Program-made: the position numbers and the translations under genes | Shown: positions 12,860 to 27,559 of the stretch, in pieces | Layout: every line of letters starts with the position of its first letter | Position numbering within the stretch: position 1 is the first letter of the stretch | NCBI GenBank assembly: GCA_951406725.2 | Contig: OX597822.1 | Span: 59,582,001-59,646,000 of the forward strand | Direction of reading: 5' to 3' | Origin: Octopus vulgaris | Taxonomy: Eukaryota | Length of the DNA stretch: 64,000 bases | The notes under the pieces: model-generated | Told to the model about the DNA's origin: nothing | What the model saw: the letters and a program-made list of their open reading frames with translations, nothing else | The model's database searches: none

Positions 12860-13250
12860 CAGTCAGTTCCGCCATACTCCTTTCAGAGACGGTGGAATTG
12901 ATGGAAGCCTGCGTGGAAATAGTCGATTGAGAGGGAAAATTGAAAAATTGAAAACCTCGCAAACTTTCTTTATGAATTTACCGACTGGAGTTTTCGAACT
13001 TGCCAATGATAAACCGCATTAGTTACCCAGATCGTATAGATTAAGTATTTGTAATGACAACGTATAAGAATATCTTTAGGAGACCACAATTTCGATGGTC
13101 GATTACACAAAACACAAGTTTGTTACCTGCGCACTCAACCCCCATAGGATGGATAAGCAGGGATACAGTTACTGAAATTGAAAATGCTCAGAAAACTTGA
13201 AACAACTGAATTAGCGAGCTAGTGAAGGTTACTTGACTAGGATGAACACA
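12860..13250 (+). mobile_element. Decayed L1/Tx1-like endonuclease fragment
   Basis: GTCGATTACACAAAACACAAGTTTGT and AATTAGCGAGCTAG match 48170-48310. Confidence 0.45.
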
Positions 13251-13641
13251 AACGACAGTACATGGTTCTGTTAGAAGAGATCTTTTGGTGTAGATTTTAG
13301 TCACTGTTTTTCAGGCCTATCTCCTCTTAGGTCATCTATTTAGGGAAGTTGCTCTACTATGTCAAGCGAAGACCAGAGTTGTGCACTTGTTATCGAGAAT
13401 GTTGTCAGGCTCTCATAGATGTCGTATGTTGGGCCAAGTGGTCCGCGATATGTCAACCGTTTATTCTGCGAAGGATTAGTAACGAGTAAGAGCGACAACG
13501 TTCGAAAGGAATTTAGATATGTACAAAAATCTATTGTACAGTTTGTTACGGAAGGCTCTCATCCCAGGGTCTATGAACAACTGCCAATATCCCTGACTGG
13601 CAGTGATACCAGTACAGAGATAGCTATATTGTAATTTGGTA

Positions 13642-13862
13642 AGGGCGGCGAGCTGGCAGACACGTTAGCGCGCCGGGCAAAATGCTTAGCGGTATTTCGT
13701 CTGTCGTTACGTTCTGAGTTCAAATTCCGGCGAGGTCGACTTTGCCTTTCATCCTTTCGGGGTCGATAAATAAAGTACCAGTTTCGCACTGGGGTTGATC
13801 AAATCGACTTAACCCCTTTGTCTGTCCTTGTTTGTCCCCTTTATGTGGGCAATAAAGAAATA
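13642..13862 (+). mobile_element. SINE family A, tail type 1, with 17-bp TSD
   Basis: Full head, core and tail. TSD TATATTGTAATTTGGTA at 13625-13641 and 13863-13879. Confidence 0.92.
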
Positions 13863-14453
13863 TATATTGTAATTTGGTACAAATACTACAAACACGGAAG
13901 TTCCATCAACCAGACTTCTTTGATGTGTACAAAATAACGAAACCGTTCTGCACACACATGTATAGTGCCCGAGTATTGCTTACTTGAGGATTTACATTAA
14001 ATATTGACATCTGTAGAGACGATTCGGTTGTAAGGCGAGTCTGTAAGGAAGATCGCCCCATTGCCATCATTGAGTCAAGAAAGAAAGGGCGACAATACTT
14101 CTCTATCAGGTGACTATACCGTAAAAGGTTGTATAGCAAACAACTTGGAATGTTTTGAGGATATGGTTCTATGTATGGGAACAAGCCTTCATCGAGTCCT
14201 CCATGTCTTGAAGTGAAGGTTGATTGTGTTCTTTAGCAATGTGATGAAAACTAGACACAAGTGGTGAATCTGCAAATATTTGAATTCTGCCTGGAGACTG
14301 TCCAAAGTGCAAGGTGTTTGGAGTCATCAGAATAATCTGTTTATAGTGCTATATTTATTTAATATTTTTCACGTATTACGTTCTTGTCCATTTTATCGTA
14401 TATATGTAATCTTCAAAATATTTCTTTGTAACCATCTCGTAAGACATATTTTA

Positions 14454-14516
<63 letters not shown>

Positions 14517-14534
14517 CATCATTATTATTATTAA

Positions 14535-14745
14535 GGTGGTGAGCTAACAGAATCGTTATTGTGTCAGGAAAAATGCTTAGCAGCATTTCGTCTAACTTCG
14601 CGCTTTGAGTTCAAATGCTGCAGAAATTGACTTTACTTTTCATCCTTTCGGGATCGATAAAATAAGTACCAGATAAGTATTGCGGTCGATGTAATCGACT
14701 TAATACTCCCCCCAAATTGCCGGCGTTGTACTAAAACTTGAAACC
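14535..14745 (+). mobile_element. SINE family A, tail type 2
   Basis: Preceded by (ATT)n at 14455-14533 and followed by ATTATCATTATT. Confidence 0.82.
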
Positions 14746-16987
14746 ATTATCATTATTATGATTTGGATTGAAAGAATCTTTTGTGCTAGAAAAATGTCTT
14801 GCGATATTTGTTTCTGTTCAACTTTGCCTTTCCTCCTTCCAGAAATTCTAAAATAAGCACCAGACACGGGCTGACACCAGTTTAATCGACTAAGCCCTCT
14901 CGCTAAATTTGTGGCCTTCTGTCTTTATTAGAAATGATTATCATTGCATTCGTACTTTGGGCGTAAATGGTCATGTCTTTAGATTTGTTCCAAGGAATTG
15001 GATTATTACCAAATTTTACTAGATGGATATGTTTTTCTTTTAAACTACTTTACCAACAAGCGATTTTGGAACATTTCAGTATTCGCTCTGTTTACTTGGG
15101 GTGGATAAGTAATACTTGTCCTTGAACAGTTTTAATTTATATTTAGTAAATATATGCATATTTGGGTTTCAATATGGCCTCTCTTTCAGATGTAAGGAGA
15201 AGAGGTGATAAGCACAAAGCAGTTATAGCGACATACACTCAAGACTGTCAATAAATTTATTTTAAATCGTTAAAACAAAAATACAGCTTAAAGAAGAATA
15301 AACAGAAATATTACAATTAAACAAGCAGACGTAATTAGAAACACAGATTTTAACAATTTACAAAATACACAACGAATCTCACTTCATTAAATGGATACAG
15401 ATTTTCAAAATACAGAAAGTATAAACACTGACTTTCACACTACACCACACAAAAATGGCATTGACAAACATTATACAAACAAAAACAGGAATAACAACTA
15501 CAAGAAAAGTTTTGCTAGTATTACCAACCAGGAAGAAATAATAAATATGATTCGGTGCTTCGAATAAATGAATAAGTAAAACACATATTTAATTAAAACA
15601 TATAATGTATAAAAAAATAACAACCAAGTATGTCAATCTAGCCATGCACAAGAGAGAGCCCTCCAACTCGTGTTAGATCAGAAATCTCCACAACTATGAT
15701 TACCTTTTTTTGTACTTTCACATATGAGAAAGTGCTTGTGTGCAATTCTGGGATCGGTGCAGGTAAGAAAATGTCTATATTCTTATGCTTAATATTATTG
15801 AAAATTAACGTTTAATTAGATAAATATGTCAGAAAACATTGTCTCTGTTTACCTCACGATTTTGTTGAAGGATGAGTAAAGAAATGTCTTGCCTTTACCT
15901 CTCAAAAGAAAAGGATTTATGTTTTTGAGCTGGTACATCACACACCTCTTTATAAGCCAGTCCGTCAATGTAAAAAGCACAAGAATCAGCGTCAAAAATA
16001 TCTGATACGAAGTTGACCCCTAGTTCGTTGTCACTTTTAGGGTAGAACAGAGCAGGTGCTTAGGCCTAATGGAGTCTTAAATGCGTTATAACTGGGTGGG
16101 GGTCACACAAATCTCTGAAAGCCATAATGTTGACCCCTTAAGATCACAACGTGATTCCAGAGTTAAGCTTCGTAGAAAGTATGCAGAGAAGGTTTCAAAG
16201 CCGACCCTTCAGGGTACATAGTCTATCTTCTACATAAATTTTTCAGTAAAAGTAATTTAAAAGGACTTTCTGTCAAGAAGAGCTTGGGAAAAGAAAAGCA
16301 AAAGAACAATACAATAAGTGAGCTACAGCTGCTGCTTTTTCTCTGTGTACTATTAGTTTAAGTGACTTTATATCGGTAAAGATCATCTTGTTTTCAAGAA
16401 TCGATCAGGAAACAATTGCCCATGAAGCCAAGAGACCCTCTAGCTGGCCATAACCGACAGCTTCCGATGTTGTTTAGGAAATGAAAATGAATAGGTGTAA
16501 ATGAATAGAGTAAAGAAAAACTGAAAAAAGAACCATAAAAAATGCGCTGTCAAGAGAAGCCAAATAAAATGTATGCGGGAGAAGGTCCATTACCCTCGCG
16601 TTGCACTGGAGTCCATAATGCTTAACAGATCAAACATAGATATAATGTAATTACACGGCCGTTTCGCTACAAATTTGGTACAGATTGGCGACGAAATGAG
16701 CGTAGAGTATGGGAAACCTGCAAAAGATATCAGAGTAAAAACCTTCACCTGGTCCGCATCATGGCATCCAACTTAACTCTCTATATGTGTTATTTTATAT
16801 TCATTAACATGTAATGATATAAAGTCATCCCTCTGTCTTTGATTTAATAGAGTTTTTTTTGTCTCAACCTTTTGTAATATGTTTATAAGCTGTTTATTTT
16901 ATGTATGCATTCTAGCAGCAAAATATGTATGCATTCTAGCAGAAACGAAACCGTTGTTGTTCTTGTTATTAATATTAATTACCATTA

Positions 16988-17430
16988 TGGCGACAAGCTG
17001 GCAGAATTGTTACCAGCTGGACAAAATGCTTAGCGGCATTCCTTCCTACTTTACATTGTTTTATGTTCATTTGAATAACGCGGATGTCAACGTTGCCGGT
17101 CATCATTTCGGGATCAAATAAATAAGTACCAGTTGAGCACTGAGATCAATGTAATCGACCTACCTCCCACAAATTTCAGGCCTTGTGCCTGTAGTAGAAA
17201 AGAATATTATCCCTATCTAGGGCGGTGAGCTGGCAGAGTTGATAGAGCGCAGGAAAAGATGCTAAGCAGTGTTTCGTCTGTCCTCGTGTTCTGAGCTCAG
17301 ATTCCTCCGCGGTCAAATTTTCCTTTCAAACTTTCGGGGTCGATAAAATAAGCACCAGTTGAACAGCGGGGTCGAATATGATCGAGTAACCACTTCCTCG
17401 AAATTTCTGGCCTTGTGTCAAAATTTGAAA
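16988..17430 (+). mobile_element. Two tandem diverged SINE family A copies (tail type 2)
   Basis: Heads at ~16988 and ~17221, each with a TTTCGGG..ATAAGTACCAG-type core and GGCCTTGTG tail. Confidence 0.75.
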
Positions 17431-17880
17431 CTAACACAATCATTATTTACTGCTAACCTCTCAAGACGTATTTTTGATACCTCTTTGAGGCTGGATTCTA
17501 ATAAGTTTAAACTTCAAGAAAGAATTTCATTTTGTTATTTTCACAGAAAAATTCGTGTATTGGAAGTTTTCCCATACAGTATCTAGTCTGCTATTCGAAG
17601 AAACTTAATTTTTTTCTGTCTTGTTTGTATACTTGTATAAAATGTTGCTACATGTATAAATCAAATACATGTTTATAGATGTATGAAATAGTACTGTAGA
17701 ACGCCAACCAAAATAACGAAAATAGAGATGAGTGTGTTTTCGCAGATTCTAAACGTCAAAAGAAAAAAGATAACTTGCCAGTTGGAAAGGGAAAAATTTT
17801 GACATTTCTGTGTAGAATAATTCTGTAAAGGGTGGTTCTAGTAAATACATTTGGCAAAAACAACAACGACAGCACACACT

Positions 17881-17993
<113 letters not shown>

Positions 17994-18685
17994 TGCTTTA
18001 TGAAAGTAACGATAGAAACTTCAGTAGGCAACCAGTTTTTTCTTTTGTAAACACAACTTACAACTGACGAGCTTTGAATATGAAACATTTAGATAGAGGA
18101 AAGACAGCATGGCAGCATTATGCTATAAAGCAGGAGCTTTTTCTTTACTCGAATCTGTTACGCAGGTGCCAAAGAGAAAGAAGGTAATGGTAACCTACTT
18201 GTGCATTGCTAAAGTCACATGGGCTTCTCCTGTATGCTTCCAAAGAAAAAGGAAAAACCCTGCGTTAGAGTAATAATGGGGAAGAACTCAAGGCACTGTA
18301 TGTGTTGTTTTTAACATTGGTATTGGGCGAAGAGACAAGTTAGTGTGTCACACACCTACCCGCTGATTCAGCTCATATTGTTTGAGACTATACAACCCGA
18401 TTGTCACACCAAAAGATTGGTGATGATATTTAGCCATAACTCATGATTTACTTCTGCACAACATGGGTAGATGCTCAGCATTGAGGCGAATTTTGGCAAT
18501 ACGCGGTTGGGTGAAGTTACGATGCACGCACCGGTACTGATGACCTGACCTGCCACCACAAGCCATTAAACAATCTGGAAGTTGTGCCCTATAGTGAGAA
18601 CTGAGAGAAAGGTTTTACGAGAGGTTGTTGAGAGCAGAACCCATTTCTACCCACATGGAAATAAAGATTATTTTAGGGTTTTCTA

Positions 18686-19942
18686 TTGAGTTGGCACTCG
18701 CCGTTATCTTTTTAAATTTTAGAATGTATTGCGTTTTTAAATTTTGGTATTTTTTTTCGAGATTTCTATTTTTAATCATTTTGGAATCTATTTTGTTTTA
18801 TTGTCTTGTTATTTTAGTTAATTTTTGTTTATTTTCAGACCATTAAAATGGAATGTCAAGTTAAGAAACACGAGCATTTTCGACTCCGCCTTCTTTTTGA
18901 TTTTAATCAAGGCTCTAAGGTCGCAAAAGCTGCTCGTGACATTTGTGCTGTGTATGTAGAGGGTGACATAGCTGAAAGAACCGCTCGTGATTGGTATGCC
19001 AAGTTCAAAAATGGAAATTTTGACCTCAAAAGCGCACCTAGTTCTGGCCGTCCACTTGAGTTCGGTGAAGAGCGATTAAATCAAATTTTGTGCGAAAATT
19101 CTCGTCAAACGATAAGGGAACTAGCAGAGGAATTGGAATGTTCTCACACTGCTATAGAGAAGCATCTTCACTCGATGGGAAAGGTTCAGAAGTATGGAAC
19201 AACAAAAATCAACGAGCCACAATCTCCGCTGGTTTGCTTGATCGTCACCGCTTAACTCATGGACACAGTCAACGATTTCTTTACCAAATTGTTACGGGCG
19301 ACGAAAAATCGTGCCTGTATATCAATATGAAGCAGCGTAAGGAATGGCTTAGCCCCGGTATACAAGCGACACCGCGCGTGAAACAAGATCTTCATCGGCG
19401 TAATACGATGTTGCGCGTATGGTGGGACTGGGAAGGGATTATCCATAACGTATTGCTTAAACGGAACTAAACGGTCAACGCGGAACTCTATGTTCAACAG
19501 ATGGAACAACTCAACATGGCTATTCAAGAGAAAAGACCTAATCGGCAGCATGGAGTTCTTCTGCTGCACGACACCGCCCGCCCTCATATCGCCAATATGA
19601 CCAAGAATGTCATTCAAATGCATGGCTGGGAAGTGCTGTCTCACCCGCCGTACTCTCCTGATTTGGCGCCAACAGATTTCCACCTCTTTCGATCTCTTTC
19701 AAATGCTATGCGCAGAGTTTCTTTCAATACTGATGCAGAATTGGGAGCTTCGTTGGATCAATTTTTCGAGTCGAAATTCGGTGAATTCTATCAACGAGAT
19801 ATTGAAAATCTTGTTGAACGTTGGGAAGAAGTTGTAAATAACAAGGGTGAATACATTATTGATTAATTAGTTGTTATTTTTTATTTAAACCTTTTAAAAA
19901 TTGAAATTTAAAAAAACGGTGGGGACTTAGTTGCCAACCCAA
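18686..19942 (+). mobile_element. Near full-length mariner transposon, inactive
   Basis: TA|TTGAGTTGGCA.. and ACTTAGTTGCCAACCCAA|TA ends, ~1.26 kb. Confidence 0.92.
18848..19866 (+). pseudogene. Mariner DD34D transposase, frameshifted (~19195) with a stop at 19468-19470
   Basis: HTH N-terminus, IVTGDEK, LLHDTARPH, HPPYSPDLAPTDFHLF. Confidence 0.92.
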
Positions 19943-20041
19943 TATCTAGAAGTGATAGGAAAATTAAAAGGTAAAAAATAGTGTAACGGCAATTACAAGT
20001 CACAGTGTTGGCCGTTTTTAATGTATCACCAGATGGAGCTT

Positions 20042-20502
<461 letters not shown>

Positions 20503-21322
20503 CTGAAAATCTTTCATCCGCCTCGTTCAGGAACCAGCAAGGAAGTCATCGGAACCCCTCCTCAGTCATAACCAGAAATACCACTTCATGTCTTATGAGA
20601 AAGAACTGGAAAAAGCGAGCAGAGGTCGTAGACTGCTAAAGACAGGGAAGAATATAATAAAAGGCAAAGAAAAAACACCCGCACACATGCCACATCGGAA
20701 TTCTCATTTTACTGAACAAATTTAGTGCAATTGGCAAGGACATGCTCCGAACTGTGCAGAGTTTGCGAATGATGTAGTATTAACAATATATATATATATA
20801 TATATATATACTACGGATAATTTTACGCAAGGCATCGCAACGACGAACAAATATCTAACGGTATTTCTTACTGCCATTTACATTCAGAGATCAAATCCTA
20901 CCGGGTTCAACTTTGCCTCTCATCTTCATGGGATCAATAAATTGATTTAATCGACTAAACCCCTCTCCATGAAATTGTAGTCTTGTACCTATATTTGAAA
21001 CAATTATTATTAAAACCATCTTATTTCAACACGACACCATATTCAAAAGGATTAACTAAATCAATCATTGATACGTCAGTTTTTTAATCACAATTATGTT
21101 GCCTATAATGTTGTCAGGGTGTCCGTCTTCATTGCTTTACCAGAGGCATAAAGATTGTTTATAGTTTTCGTAAATACTATTAGACACCACATTATTCATA
21201 TCAATCACTGTAGAAATCATGGATCAGTATCGATAACAAAAAGTTTACAAGTTTACAAAATTGAATAACTATCTCCTATGAGGAGGGGGTGGATTGCAGA
21301 TTCAAGCGGGTCTGTCCCATCA

Positions 21323-21720
21323 TCTATTACTTAAAATCCGTTCTGTCTGTGTGTGTGTGTGTCTTCTAGGATCTCGGGCATCCTCCATCCGATTGCGCTC
21401 AAATTTGATATGTAGATACCGACGGTATCAGGGCGTGTATAAGTCTTGAAAATATTACAAAAATCGATTCCAGGTGAGAATGCGATTGATAAAGCCGTGG
21501 GAACGTGCACTTGTACGCGCAAGTACATCAGCTGTTGCGATCGATACTACGCGTACGCGAGAAAAATGCACGGTATCTCAAATTTAGGTTAATTCAGTGT
21601 TTCTCAAAGGGGAGGCCTATGGGACGGTCGGTCAAGTTGTTTTGAGAAAATTTGGTTTAAATGTTTGACAACTCAGCACCGTCCATTGAATGGGGGGCGT
21701 TTTGTTGAATAATAAATAGA
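21323..21720 (+). mobile_element. Probable non-autonomous Helitron/Helentron-like element (3' end undefined)
   Basis: A|TCTATTACTTAAAA start, CTGTCTGTGTGT microsatellite and CCGATTGCGCTCAAATTTG motif. Confidence 0.45.
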
Positions 21721-22406
21721 AAGTGTATTGGATGCCTATGTACAGTTACATATATATCCACATCAAACAAGCTCACTGGTAATACACGTAAACATATAAG
21801 AGTATTATCCTTTGTAAAACTTACTTTATGTAGGAGGCTGTTTTCATTGATATATTAGATAATTAACTCACTGTTACACAATCATACTATTTACTTACAC
21901 GACATAAAGTATCACAAAACTTATTGACCGTGGAGGCTTATTTTCAGTGATAATGATATTAGATAACTCTCGGTTTCACACACACACATGCGCGCGGTTA
22001 TATCCATCGTTTATAATACGGTATTGTGTTTTCTGTTATTTGATATCTTTTTCAAAATAGTGATGACCCCTACACTTTCTGAATATAAACATTAACTTTG
22101 TTATGTAACACTTTCTTGTATGTACGTGAAAAACAGCTTATTGTTTTGTGATACTTGTTGCACTGGAAACATTAATGATGCATAATATAGGATTTGTGCA
22201 CGTTTTTCTAAATGTCAATAGTAGGAGTTGAGTGTCATAATTGTTATTTCTGTTACTTTACTTAAACTAGATTGCTATATTACAAAAAAGAACTGTCGCT
22301 TTTGTGCTGTTTTTGTCCACATTTGGGTTACATAAAAGAATACATTCACAGTTCTTGACAACATTCATTATAGATTTACCATTCTTTACAGTTATTTAGA
22401 CGCAAT

Positions 22407-22445
<39 letters not shown>

Positions 22446-24009
22446 ACATATATTCAGTCCGTTTAAGGATCTTAAACTTCTAATATATACTTTTTTGTCC
22501 TGGTTTTCCCCGAGGAGATTTTTACTCAAAACGTTTCCAAAATATGAATTTTTATAAAGTTGTTATTAGTTTTGAGTTTGAATCGAAACAAATGTAGGGA
22601 TTATTAAGATTATGTTACTATAATATTGATATGATATTATGTCAATAAATTAACATATGTCAGTTTGAATTCTCTATTTTCCTTTTTATTCTTTATACAC
22701 GCGCGCACACACACACACACATACACACACACACACTCACACACCAGCATATATATTAAAATGAAGCATAACCAAACTCTTGTCCGACTGTAACTATTTC
22801 AAATGTCTTTCGTAATATCTCTGTTCAAAGCCCACATAAATATGCTTTACACTTAATTTATTACTTACTTAATTTATCATAACTTAGTCAGAGTAAAAAG
22901 GTCAGTACTCGGGATCATTTTCAGGGCCACCGCGACTTGTGAGAGGAAGGGACCAAGTTATAATCAGACAAAAGATCAGTTTTAATGCTCATTTCAGAAT
23001 CAACCCTGCTGAAGACCCTCGAGCACCAGATAGGGCGACAAATTTTGTCTGACACTCAAAAACTGGAACGTCATCCAAATTTTACTCAGAAGTATCTTCT
23101 ATGATAGACATGTGTCTATGATAGAAGACAATTTCCTAATATGCCACTCTGTGCGATGGAACACGAAATCACATAGTTGTGATGCGAACTTCTCAACTGC
23201 AGAACCATGTCTTGATTGTCAGTTGTTATTACTTTCCTAATTCTTTTGTAGTCTACATAAAAACAGAACTTATGAATCTGTCACATTTATATCTCGCCAT
23301 CAATTCGTTAACAGCCATGAAATTATCGTCAGCTAGAATGGATTCAAGCATTTCAAGCATTGACATTTCTCGTTTGCAGAGCAGACGATACGCTTCGCTT
23401 GTTATACCCGCTGTTTTTGTTAATTACTTTCATAGGTTAGGAGGTAAAAAGGTTTATGGTGATGGTAGCGATGATGATGATGGTAGTGGTGATAGTTGTG
23501 TTGGTAGAGGCGGAGTCTCTGCTCTTATCTATTTATACTACAGACTTAGTAAAACATACAAGATATAGATGTTTTGATAATTTTTAGATTTGAAACGTAA
23601 AAGCAAAGAACTGAAGCTAATGCTATAACACTCGTTCTTTTACGTCTTATTGATGTTTACAAATTGCAACGTTTTTATTTAAAGTATACTTTAAAAAAAT
23701 GTAATGACTTCTTAACAGATTTCGAACTGAACAATTTTACCTTTCGCTTCTTTTAGAAAACACTGAACGCCATTGTTGAAAGGTGTTAAATTAGAGAATA
23801 TATTTAATTTTGCATATTATACATACATATACATACACATTCATGTACGTATGTACGTACCTATGTATGTATATGTATATACATATGTATATATATATAT
23901 ATATATAATATCAAATTAGAGACAAAACCACTATTATGCAAATCAAACAACGAAAGACTTAAGCCAATACATAAAATAATTTATATAAATTAAAATTTAA
24001 CATATGAAT

Positions 24010-24061
24010 AACCACTACGATCGTTTCGTGTCAGCACATCTTAGACATTCTTCAGGTGGTT
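24010..24061 (-). ncRNA. Type I hammerhead ribozyme
   Basis: Reverse complement of 24699-24750. Confidence 0.85.
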
Positions 24062-24698
24062 TCAAAACCTAAAATATAAAATATAATCAATATTTTTACG
24101 ATATAAATATCTAAATAATCTAAATAAAATTTACTTATAATAAACTCTATTAATAAATATGATTATATCGAAATCGACTATAATGTTAAATATTAACTTT
24201 AATTTATAAGGTAGAAAATCCATATGCTAATATCCATTTTAGTCTATATCTACTTATATAGATATTTAATATATATAAATTATCAATGAAAATATATATA
24301 AATATTATAATCAAGATCTAAAATAAACTCTATAAACGATTGTATATAATGAAAACCTAATATATTTAATTTCTCATATTAAAGATGAAATAGCTAATTT
24401 CAAAAAACAAAAATATATATATATATACACACATGCTCATGCATATATATACATGTATATATATATTTTCATTGATAATTTATATATATATTAAATATCT
24501 ATATAAGTAGATATAGACTAAAATGGATATTAGCATATGGATTTTCTACCTTATAAATTAAAGTTAATATTTAACATTATAGTCGATTTCGATATAATCA
24601 TATTTATTAATAGAGCTTATTATAAGTAAATTTTATTTAGATTATATAGATATTTATATCGTAAAAATATTGATTATATTTTATATTTTAGGTTTTGA

Positions 24699-24750
24699 AA
24701 CCACCTGAAGAATGTCTAAGATGTGCTGACACGAAACGATCGTAGTGGTT
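24699..24750 (+). ncRNA. Type I hammerhead ribozyme
   Basis: AACCAC CUGAAGA A UGUC-UAAGAUGUGCU-GACA C GAAAC GAUC GUA GUGGUU: canonical core, stem I AACCAC/GUGGUU, palindromic ACGAUCGU stem III, GUA cleavage triplet. Confidence 0.85.
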
Positions 24751-25527
24751 ATTCATATGTTAAATTTTAATTTATATAAATTATTTTATGTATTGGCTTA
24801 AGTCTTTCTTTGTTTGATTTGCATAATAGTGGTTTTGTCTCTAATTTGATATAATATAATATTTTACTATAAAATTGGATTCAATCTTAAATCTGATTTT
24901 CCTTGTAAATTTGGATTTATTCCCTAATATTTATTATATATATATATACATACATATGTATGTATGTATATGCTTTGGTCGGCCCAAGGCTATAGTAAAA
25001 AACACTTGCCCAAGGTGCCACGCAGTGGGACTGAACGCAGAACCATGTGGTTCGTAAGCAAGCTGCTTACCACTCAGCCACTCCTGCGCCTATGAGGAAT
25101 ATCCTTCAATACATTAATAGTGAAATATCCTAATTTCTAGTACTCAGAGTTTCTCGTTATCGATCATCAAATGGTTAACCGAGCCAGCTTTGCTTTTGAA
25201 ATATTCACTATTCGAATGAATATTTTTTTAAATATGAGATGAAAGTTTGAAGGAAACGTTTATTCTTATATTATTTTGTTAAAAACGCTATGTGAATGAG
25301 AGGTGCAAGTTCCCGGAAGAGGTTGATTGTTGCTTCGAAGTATTGAGTACGTAATGAAGCCTTCAATCGATTGAAGGCTTGAAGTTCGAAGAGTCCTCCA
25401 ATATTTTCCTTGTAAGCATAAATATGTTACTGTACTGAAAACTTTGAGTGGTCCTTAAATTTAAGGCTTGACTGTATTCATATGTAACTGTAAAAACAAA
25501 CACATAAAGACATTATGTGTGTGTATA

Positions 25528-25570
<43 letters not shown>

Positions 25571-25571
<1 letters not shown>

Positions 25572-25890
25572 GTGGTTTGAGCGTAGAGCTTACGATCGTG
25601 TGGTTGTGAGTTCGATTCCGGGACCGGGCTGTGTGTTGTGTTCTAGAGCAAGACACTTTATTTCACGTTGCTCCAGTTAACTCAGCTGGAGAAATGAGTT
25701 GCGACATCACTGGTGCCAAGCTGTATCAGCATTTGCCTTTCCCTTGGATAACATCAGTGGTGTGGAGAGGAGAGGCAGGTATGCATGGGCGACTGCAAGC
25801 CTTCCACAAACAATGATGCCCTGACTTGTACCTCGGAGGGTAACTTTCTACGTGCAATCCCATGGTCATTCACTGACCGACGGGGGTCTC
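25571..25890 (+). mobile_element. SINE family B
   Basis: GAGTTCGATTCC B-box and GAGCAAGACAC core. Homologous to 7463-7795. Confidence 0.85.
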
Positions 25891-25901
25891 CTCTTATGTC
25901 A

Positions 25902-25980
<79 letters not shown>

Positions 25981-26285
25981 ATACACGTATACGCACATAT
26001 TTAAATACACTGACATATATGTAAACACACACACATATATACATATATGTGTATATGTGTGTGTTAGACAGAGCGGGGAAAGAATGAATGAGAGAGAAAG
26101 AGGAAGAGAAAGAGAGAGTAGGTATATTTAAACTAAACTCATTTTGTCGTGACTAGCTTTTTATGCTACGTGGTCCGGAATCGCAATCGTTGCGTACCTA
26201 TGAACTAAATAAATATACATCAGGCTCTACATATTTTCAACAGAAGGTTGTATTGAGCACTTTCGTGTTTTTGTACCACAAAGTA

Positions 26286-26324
<39 letters not shown>

Positions 26325-27559
26325 TATATATATATGTGTATATACATACATACATTCATACAAACATACATACATATATACATATATATGTGTGTATGTA
26401 TGTGTGTGCATGTGTATTTGCATGTAAAAATAAAGCATAATAATATACTGATATACATATCATCACAGATGGGTTTACGACACACGAAAACGCTGTAAAC
26501 ACAGACGTTCAACGTTAATCCACAGGGAACCGTATAACGGTCGTTTCATCTAAGAATTTAATTAACTTTTGGTCGGAGAGAAAATATTTTTCAGTAATGT
26601 TCTCTGAAGCATAATCGTTTAAAGATATCATTAAGCTTTTATCTGAAATCCAGAGAAAACCCTAGGGTTATTATGGGACATACATTCTTCCAACGCTCTA
26701 TGAACTGAATTCGCTACAAATAGCAGCCGAATCTCTTTGTAATACACTGTATGTAGTAAAACAGCAATAGTGTAATGGAGGAGACCCATAATCAAAGAAA
26801 TTCCGAGAATGGAATATTTTTGACTATATCTAGCTAAACGTTTAACCAGACAACAACTAAACCGCTATATAAATAAAGGGCTAGATGTTACCCAGACGAA
26901 ATGATAATATGACTGTGAACGTCTGGTAACACCTTGAATGCGATGGGTTCAACATTGGTTTTTACTTGTCTCACTATTGCAGTTCAGTCAGTGGGATGAA
27001 TGTGTGGAACCTGGTCTAACAAACTGTATAACTATTTTAAAATCTTTGCAAATTTCACAGCCTCAGCTATGCCTTCGCTTCAACGACCATAACATTAAGT
27101 GCACCACTCAGAAGCCAGGGTTGGTAGATTTTCAGCTACAAAAAGAACCGATACTTTATGCAAGAAGTAAGATATTCTCTACTACGTGTCAGAGTGTTTC
27201 GGTAATAATATACTACCGGGGTAATGTAGGAATTTGATAGCAACGCTCGACCTTTAAGGAATAGTTTCATGTTAGACCACTTCTGATTCATATATATTAC
27301 CTTCAATGTCACATTTCTTTTCAATTTATGTCTACTTGGGGAGTCTAGACATACCAGATCCCAAGTTCTTTAACTGGGCCATTAGAGATGTAGCAAATAT
27401 TGATTGGAATGGCCTGGTCTTTGCTGCCTACGTGATTCAAAATATCAATTTCTGAGGATGACTATTTAACTGAAAGGCTCACTACTATTCAGATAGCTTG
27501 CTGCAAAGGTTATTATGTTTCACATCAACAAAGTTATAAACGAAGGCTGTAAATGGAAA

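Larger units (their letters stand above)
23908..24935. mobile_element. Inverted pair of Penelope-like pseudo-LTRs (fold-back)
   Basis: ~390-bp arms 23908-24300 and ~24459-24852 are nearly perfect reverse complements. Each has a hammerhead, and the unit sits in (TA)n. Confidence 0.85.

Noticed and set aside
13642-13740. tRNA genes
   Set aside because: All A/B-box sequences seen are SINE heads and none forms a complete cloverleaf.
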